Of a stretch of 64,000 bases of DNA, positions 48,201 to 57,200 are shown in pieces. The position numbers were made by a program, and so were the translations under genes. The notes beneath the pieces were generated by a model. That model was not told where the DNA came from. It ran no database searches and saw only the letters and a program-made list of their open reading frames with translations. Origin of the DNA: Fimbriosthenelais zetlandica (taxonomy: Eukaryota); the NCBI GenBank assembly GCA_977030845.1, contig OZ365117.1, positions 3,100,001 through 3,164,000 on the forward strand. The letters are read 5' to 3'. Position 1 is the first letter of the stretch. Every line of letters begins with the position of its first letter.

Positions 48201-51200
48201 CAGGGATCTCTTCAGCAGGAGCCTCATCAAGAACAGTGTCAGGAACATTACCAGGCGTGTCAAGCTCCAGGGTAAACTCTTGTATTTGAGTTACTGCTCC
48301 CATAGGGAAGTCAGTTTGAGCAGTTTTGAAAGTATCTGGTATTTCCTGTACAGGTGCGGTTAGTTCTTCAGCACCTGGAAGTTCATCAGACGTTTTCAGC
48401 TCAAGGGTAAACATCTGTTGCTGGCTTAGAGCTTCCTGAGGCATTTCAAGAGTCGCTGAGGACAGTGTACTTGTTACCTCATCACTGGGAGCATGTTCAT
48501 CCACCGTCTCAGGAACACCAGTAGCTGAATCCAACTCAAGAACCATGTGTTGTTCCTCAATAACGCTCCCAGTTGGGTACTCCATTCTCACCTCTTTGAA
48601 TGTATTTTCAATTTCTTTCATTGGAGCCTCAGCTTCATCTACCGGTTTCACCTCTTCAGATATATCCATCTGAAGGGTTATCTCTTGCTGTTCGATCTTG
48701 GTTTCAGAGAGAGGGATTTGTAAAGCTGTTTTGAAGCTTTCTGGGATGGATTCAACAGGTGCTGTCTCATCCTTTGTTTCAGCAATGGTATCAGACTCTT
48801 CTAGGCTAAGTACCATCTCTTGTTGTAAAGTACTAGTTTCAACCAGTGACTTTCTTTGGACCATAATCATATTACTAGCCAGTTCCTGCTCCTGGGCGAC
48901 TTCATCTTCTGCACCAGGCAGTGGAGATGAACTGTCTAGTTGCAAGGTTAATGCTTGTTGTTCAGACATTGTTCCCATAGCATAAGATACATCTGCTTTT
49001 TCAAGAACATCTGGAATGCTTTCTTCAGGGGCTGTCTCGTCTACAAGGTCGGGAACGGGAGATGGGGATTCAAATTCCAGGTACAACTGTTCCTGTTGAG
49101 TCCAGGTGCTCTCAGGGAGGCCTTGACTGGCTCGTCTGAGATCATCAGGGACCTCTGTCACTGGGGCTGTCAGTGTATCAGATTGAGGAACGTCTGTAAA
49201 CTGTTCAACAGTCAGGGAAACCTCCTGGGTCTGTACATGTGATTCAATTGATACATCAGTTTCAACTTGGTGGGAGACATCAGGGACTTCTTGGGAAGGA
49301 ATGCTTTCTTCTGAGACACCGCTTATGTCAGTGGAGGTCTCAGCCTCAACCATTGAGGATACTTCCTGACTTAATGTACAAACTGGAATGTCTTTCTCCA
49401 CATGGCACAATTCAGTAAATTCAAGTTGAGCCACTTCTGGAGTCTCCTCCTGGAGAATGGTGACTCCCTCCCCTAAAGAGAACTCTATTTCATGAGTCAT
49501 CATTTCTGGTATAATACTTGATTCAGCTTCTATATGTTGAGAGGTTACTGAGGTGAATGGGGCTGACTCAGCCTTTACCTCAACAACATCAGTCAGCTCA
49601 CCTACATCAATCTGTAAAGTTTCAGGGACAGCTATGGTTTCTGTCAGGGTTTGTTCAGCGAGTTCAGTTCTACTTTGTGTACCTACAACAAATGCCTCCT
49701 TCATTTCCACTTGCTGAATAACATGGGTTTGGTCGGGGCTTTCGGTTAATACTTCGGTATGGGCGAGAGTCTCGAGAGCAACCTCTTTCTGGGCCACCCC
49801 CAATTTTCCAAGAACAACCTCCTCTTGTACAATTTCAGTCTCTTGAACAGATTCTTCATCTGCGACCCCTTCGACATCAAGAGATAGATGCTGTACTTGG
49901 ATATTGGACTGTTCTAGCGGTTGAGCAGTTTGCCTTGCTAGGCTTATCATTGTGGTTTCAGTTGTGGCAGTGAATATTTTTGGAGGCACTTCGCTGTCTT
50001 CAGGTTTCTCCAGAGTGAACGTGATCTCAGTTTGTGACGTCATAGCGGGTTGTACACCAACTTGTGGTTGGCCAAACTGAACGTGGATCTCTGATGAATG
50101 AGTATCGGCCATTTCTACCTGAGATATGGTTTCAATTTCTTCCACTGTTTGCTCGAGTGTTTGCGGGATAACGGTTGAGATCTGTGTCTTCTGTGTCAGG
50201 GGGATTTCAAGAGAAGACACAAGGGGCTGGCTGGGTTCTGGGATGGGAATCAAGACATACAAGAACCTTAAAAAACCTGTAGCCAGATGAGCTTCACAAG
50301 TTATACAGGTAGAATACAGTAGGGAAAAACTTCCAGAGCAAAGTTATTTAGCAAAGTTACTTTCAGATAACTGAGTGGGCATTATTTGAGATCATAAAAC
50401 AGAAAAGCATTTATGACTACACTTAAATATTAATTTAGTATATACTATAATGATATTTCCAAATTTAAATTATTAAAAAATGTAAACTGATACAAAATAC
50501 AATCTGACAATTAGATCAAAAAGATCAAAAATATTTCTAAAAATCCTGTAAAATAAAAGAACAACATTTATGCAAAATAAAATCACAAAAATTGATCACA
50601 GTTGTATGAAAAATATCAATATCATTCAACAAAGTCTACCCCTGATTTCATTAAACTTATTTTATAGGTGGAAGGAGGGAACACTCTTATGTACATTACA
50701 CTAGTGAGGTTGATATCATTCAAAGTGTAAGACCACAGGGACACGAGAATAACTAATCATTTATTATACTCAGAGAATGGTTTGAAGCAGATAGACGTAT
50801 GGTCAATATACTTATCCTAAGTGGGAGGTTTCTTATTAAGTGAGGGCAATAACACATCATGAATTTACAGACACGGGATCGGGGAAAAGTATGTGATGAA
50901 GAACATGGAAAAATAACATAATCATAATACACTGAACATTTCCTGGAAAATCAGAAGTTATTATTGTCCTGAAATAGAATATATATCATTACACATCACT
51001 GAGAATATAAAGGGCGAAGGGAATAGAACATGTGTGATTGGTTTGCAAGTATATATCACCCACATTTGATACACTCTGGCCAGTGTTTGCTTGTATTATC
51101 GCTCACTTTTTACACCATAACAACTGCACTGCGAAGGCTGCAGTCCAGTTTGAATGTGATAAAACTCCTTATGGCCTCCCGAGTTGATAGGTTAAAATCC

Positions 51201-54200
51201 GTAGGGCCGGCCTAGAAGGTATGTTATTCCGTGATAAAATTATCATAATTATTATAAAAAAAATCTACTGCCTTGGTGGTCTAGCCTCAAGACTCTTGGC
51301 ACAGGTAGGCTGAGCCACGAGTTTGGAAGGAAATCATTGAAGCGCGACTGACTTTGATTGGGGTGATTGGATGCCGAGGCAATCATAGTGGATTAGACTC
51401 GGACATGAGTGTGTCCCTACTATTCTTAGAGCGGAAGGTGGAGAGTGTCGTGTATCAACGGGGTCAACACACTCGAGCTTTTCTCTTAGTTGTTTTGGGA
51501 CGTAATAACAGCTCGAGTGTGTTAACCCCTAAATGACACCCCAACACTGAACGTGTCAATGACACTATTCTAAAGTTACTCCAGACTAGTAAGTCATATA
51601 ACTGTCTGACCACAGTCACATGAAGAATGTACATGGACTGTATAACACCATGATTGAATTGTACTGAGACACAAGACTTATGAGAAGGGACATGGAAAAG
51701 TGGTTTTCTCATTTCTGAAAGGGAAGCAGAAAACAAGAAAAGAATAGTCAAACATTTAATCAACAAGAGCAACTACAGAGTTTCTACAGTCAGAATATCT
51801 TACTGTAAGTGTAACTTATTATGATATATTTTTAGACAACTTTCTGCAGAAATTTCTTTTCAGTACAAATGTATTAACTATATTTCATGAAGCCATTTAA
51901 ATCTTACTTTTACGCTTAAGACAACGTATATTAATATAATAGTGATATAGCATAATTATTTTTTGGTAAATAAAAATGAAAACAATACTTAACCTTAATG
52001 TTAAACTAGAAGAAATTAAATCCTTACCATTGTCATAATACGCTAGTCTAAGCTGAAAGGGAAATCCACATGACAGGAAACACAGTAAGCCAGGGACAAG
52101 AGGAACCTTTGAGTTAAGTTTCATGGAAGTATAATCTTTTAGTCCAAATCTAAACTTAAATTTTTAACGTTTATACACTGTCAGTAACGATATATCAACA
52201 AGCATTTTTTAATATCATGTTGAATCGACAAATTGCAAATGGTTCTAGTCAACTATATATATTTTTCATTTAAATGAAATATTCATACTGAGTGAGAGCC
52301 AATCAGTATTTTGAGCACTTTAATTTCAAAATTCGTATATAGTTCTAGAGCTTTATGCAACCATTTTCTTCAAGTTTGTTTCAATCAAAGATTTGGTGAT
52401 TACTGACAGTGTTTGTATTTAAAATCTTAATAAAAATATAATTTGTTTTCAGGATTTTTTTGGTGAAGTTTTATGTTCCACTTGAACTGACCATGTTTAT
52501 CAAACAATCAGGGTGAAGAGGCCATTGATTTTGTTGTGAAATAAGTAAGTAATGGCAATAGTTTCTTTATGAAAATTAACTAAATATTCCTTGTATGAAG
52601 TTAGAGATGAAGTTGGTTATTAAAGTTTGGTTATTCTATAGTTTTTTCTTGCATTTTGTTCTTGACAAAACCATGCTGATCTATATAAGTTTGACTAAGA
52701 TCATTTTGTTACATTTTCCAAGACATAAAGTTATTTTTTCCAACTCACATCTTACTTAACATACAAGGAAGCTGGTAGTATTGATTGTTTGTTTTTCAAT
52801 TTTAAAACAAATTGCTTTTGGAGGGTTGAGAAATGGCCTTCTCCATACCTGTCAACAAAAACCTTCACTGCCGACTGAACTTTCACCAAAATATTCAATA
52901 CCAGAAGTTTTATGCAGGTTTAAGACCTGTAATAATTGACACTATATTCCCAATGATCCCATCAAATCCAAAATTCCCTTTTAATTATTTTGGCAAGTCT
53001 CATGGCAGGAAAGCTTTGTGTAACAAATTAAAATAAAAAAAATAAAAGTCGGAGATTACTGAATCAAACAAACCTGCTATAGTGAGGATAGCTGAGGTTT
53101 CAGCCACGCCGTGAGCATTGGTAGCTTTACAGCTGTATTCTCCATGTAACTCTCCACTAATCGCTTTAACCACCAGGATGTGAAGTCGGTCGCTGCTCGT
53201 CTCAAGCCTGAACCGTGTAGACTGCATGATGGTGATACCGTTATAGTACCAGCAGATACTCGGGTATGGTTCTCCACTGAAGCGGCATTCAAATCGTGCA
53301 TCCATTCCTTCCTTCACCGATACACTCTTCACTTGGAGCAGCACCTCGGGTTTGGTCATGGGTGGCCTCATGATGGTCTTGGTGGGAGGGAGGGGGGCAT
53401 TTTGTACTTGTGTCTCAACCTCTTCAGTGATTAATTCTTCTGTGACTATTTCTCTTTCTATCGTTTGAGAGTTCTGACGGGGCATTGTCAGCACCTTACT
53501 CGTTTCATGAATCTCATGACTCGTTTGTCGACTCTCATGACTAGTTTCATGACTCGTTTCATGACTTGTTGATCTAGTCTGGACAGTAGTAGAATCTGCA
53601 GAAATCACTGCGCCTGACTTTGAACCCACCTCCTGTTCAAACTGAATGAGATCTTTGAATCCCTGAGTACCCCTAACAGAGATGTCAGCCATGGCTTCCT
53701 GATGAACCTCCCTAGATACTCTAGTCTCACTCTCCTTACTCACATCTAGTCCCATTCTCATCGACATCAACTCATCCATTTCCTCATCTACACGTTTCTT
53801 AACGACTTGAGTTTCAACCTGGCTTTCTCTCAACCTGTTATCTACCTCTGACTCATCTATGATAGTTTTTGTCACCTGTATCTCACTTGCTGATTTCTTT
53901 TCAATCAACTTTGCTGCATCTTCAGTGGGTTTAGAATGGGGAGCTTCTTTGATTTTGATAATATTAACTTTCTGACTGATTTCAGCAAATCGTCTGGAGA
54001 TAACATCATCTTCATTGATCCAAACAGACATGTCGGGGACCTTCTCCATCATCTGGACCTGTTCTGCTGAAGCCATGGTCACCTTTTCTGGAGATCTCTC
54101 AGGCAGAATATCTTCAATATCCTGACCAAATATCTCTTTAGCTAACTCAGCCCGAGCAAGCGTTTCAATAGACATCTTCCTCACTTTCTGTATTCTAACA

Positions 54201-57200
54201 TCTTTGTTTTCTTGTGAGGCTACCGTCACCTTCTCTGGAGAGGAGTCCCTAATGATTTCCTCAACCTTCCCAACATCCTCTTTGGCCATTTCTGGTCTGG
54301 CCATGGTCTCGACTGACATACGTCTTAATTTATGTGTCTCCATCCTTTCTTTCTTTTCAACAACAGTGTCAGCAGCAGTAACAGGTTCAGATGTTATCTC
54401 AATGTCAAGTTGTTCTACTTGACCCACAGTTTCCTGCGTTGTTTCTGGTCTTGCCAAAGTCTCAATTGACATGCGACGTAGTTTGTGCTTCTTAACTTTC
54501 TTACTTTTCTCCACAACAGCATCAGATGCTTCTTCAGCTTTGAGGTCTTGCACAACTGACTCAGTTTGTTCCTCTCTGACTTCCTCATTGACAGGGGTTG
54601 TCTTGGAATAAACCTTTGGCATTCTCTGAGCTTTATCTATTCGAGGACCAACCACTAACTTCTCTTCCAAGTTTTCTTCAACAACTGAATCAGTCACATC
54701 TTCAGTGTCACTGACATGTACATCTTCTGCTAGTTCTTTGGTGTGTTCAGTGACACGTGAAACCACAGAAATATGTTCTGAAGTTGTTAGATCAACCTCA
54801 GTGATCACTTCTGGGATTTCATTAACAGAAACTTCATGTACTTCATCAGTATCTTCAGCAGCAACACTTTCAGATGTTTCCTGGGCATGAACACTCACCC
54901 TTTCTCCTAAACTAACTGCTTTGGTTTCGAACTCAAAAGGAATAATGTTTTCTGGTAACTCTTGGGTCACTGTCTCAACATGTTCCTCGATGTCCTCCAC
55001 CTGGATCACCTCAGAAGTTTGAGAGGTCAGTTTGGGGGTGCGTTCAAATACCTGGGCTTGACCGTCACATACATCAGCTATCACATTCTCAGGGACTTCT
55101 TCATGAACTACTTCACACACAGATTCAATCATTTCTTCATGGATTTGTTCACTTGTCTCATGAGTCATTCCGGGGATGGGTGCTCTCACAGCTGGTTTAT
55201 CTAGATGGTCTACTGTACCTGCTGCAGGTGTGGCCTCAGATAGAGCGTCAATCATCGCTACAAAATCAGATGTAGACTGGTCTTCATGTACGACCATGGC
55301 TTCTGATAATTTACCCTCATCACACACCTCTTGATGTGTCTCAGTCTCAACTGTTTCCTCCAGCTCTGTTGTTCTCATCGACACAGGTTCTCTAGCATGA
55401 GTAACAGTCTTCATATGTTCTTCTACAGCCACTTCTAGCGGTACTGATTCAGTGAGAGGAGACAAGGCCTTGTCTATCATCTCCTCAGAGACGTCTCCTG
55501 TCTGCAGCACTGTTTGCTCCAGCTTTCTTGGAGACACAGAAGCAGATTTGCGAGTCTCAACGTTCGAGACAGACTCTTGTACAACCTCCACTTCAACTTC
55601 TTGCAATGAAACGCCCTCTTCAGTCACCACTTCTTCAGTAACCTGCATAGTCTGTCTCTGAACCAACTCCCTAACTAAAGGCACAGATTCAACTGCTTGA
55701 CTCATCTCCTCAAAGACGAATTCTTCTACAGGTGCTTTCTCAATCACTTTTTCTGGACTTTTCTCTTTCATTTGCTCCACCACAGTCTCAACCACACTTT
55801 CAACCTGCTCTGAGATGTCTTCTCTTGCAGTAACTGCCATCTGCTCTGAGATTTGTGAATAAGCTTCCACAGTAGCATCAGAAACAAGACGTTCAGCCAC
55901 ACCATGCACTTCTTCAAGATTTAATTCACTTTGTGAAACCTCAGTAACAGTTTCCTGTACAATAGTTTCACCCTCAACTGTGACAGTTTCACTTACTTCT
56001 AGGTCTGTTTCTAATGTTTCAGACATCTGTGCCACTTGTGACTTCTCAGACTTCTCCTCAATATACTTTTCAACCACTTCCACCTCAGTATCCACCACCT
56101 CAGTGTGAGTATCTACAGTGGTAGACTCAGCCAGGGACTGTATATTCTTTGTCACTGTCACCTGGCTGTCATGGAACTCAGTGGCAGTCATTTCAGTGAC
56201 CTGCGTTTCAGACTGTAAGTGGGTTTCTGAGACTCTCTGTTCGACCTGTTCCTGAACCTCTAAAGCCTCGTTTGAAGGAGAAGGTTGAGAATCAGATTCA
56301 GAAGGCTCAGCTTGTTTGGGAGCTAATGACTCATGGACTTCTTCTGTTGTTTCTACCCAGATTTCTTCAATAACCTCAACAATAGTTTGTTTATTTCTAT
56401 CAGACCTGGCCTGTTCAGTGGCTTCATCTTCAACTTCTGATACATCAGCTGTTGTTCTTTCAGGAGAGATAGACTTGGGGCCAGTAGTTTCTGAACTCAC
56501 TTCATCAGACACTACAGATGTCATACTCGCTGGCCTCTCTCCCTTAGAAGCCTTTTGCTTCTCAACAATCTGTTCCAGATCCATTCTGGCAGCGCCTTCT
56601 GTTGTTATATCAGACTTGTACTGCTCATGGATTTCGGGATGGTGTTCTTCAGATGCCCCAGTTGGGACCTCTTCTGTTGGTTCAGAAGTAGCAAACTCCA
56701 TTCCTTCAGAACTAGACTGCTCTCTGACAGTAGTGGTAGCCTGTACTTCATCTTGACCTGTCACCTGTTCTGTCACACCCGTGGCCACCTCCTCAAGCAT
56801 CACATCAGTCTCTTGTGAAGGCTGTTCTCTCTTGGCTATAAAGTGATCTTGTTCAAAGTCTGCCATCTCAGCAACTGCCAGTTGAACTGTCTCTTCACTT
56901 TCAATATTTTCAGCCAAATCAATTGACGGTTCTTCACTAGCAGCGCTCAAGCGCTTGATTTGTTCAACAGTTAATTGCTCAGCACTCTCTGAAACCACCT
57001 CAGATGTCGATTCAGAAATCACCTGTTCCGTGCCTTGTGAACGCAGCTGAACCTGTGCCTGTGTTGCAGACACGGTGATGGATTCTCCCTCAACTTGCTC
57101 TGAGGTGTCAATACTAACTTTCTCACTGATGTCAGCAGCAAAACGTTCATTGACAGACGCCATGGCTTGACTTATAACATCAGATGCCATTTGCTCTGCA

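Noticed and set aside
30032-49242. Numerous plus-strand and alternative-frame ORFs over exons B and C
   Set aside because: Shadows of the 135/138-bp coding repeats.
51260-51340. Possible tRNA-derived SINE head (GCCTTGGTGGTCTAG…GAGTTTGG)
   Set aside because: B box too degenerate; no cloverleaf or tail could be built.
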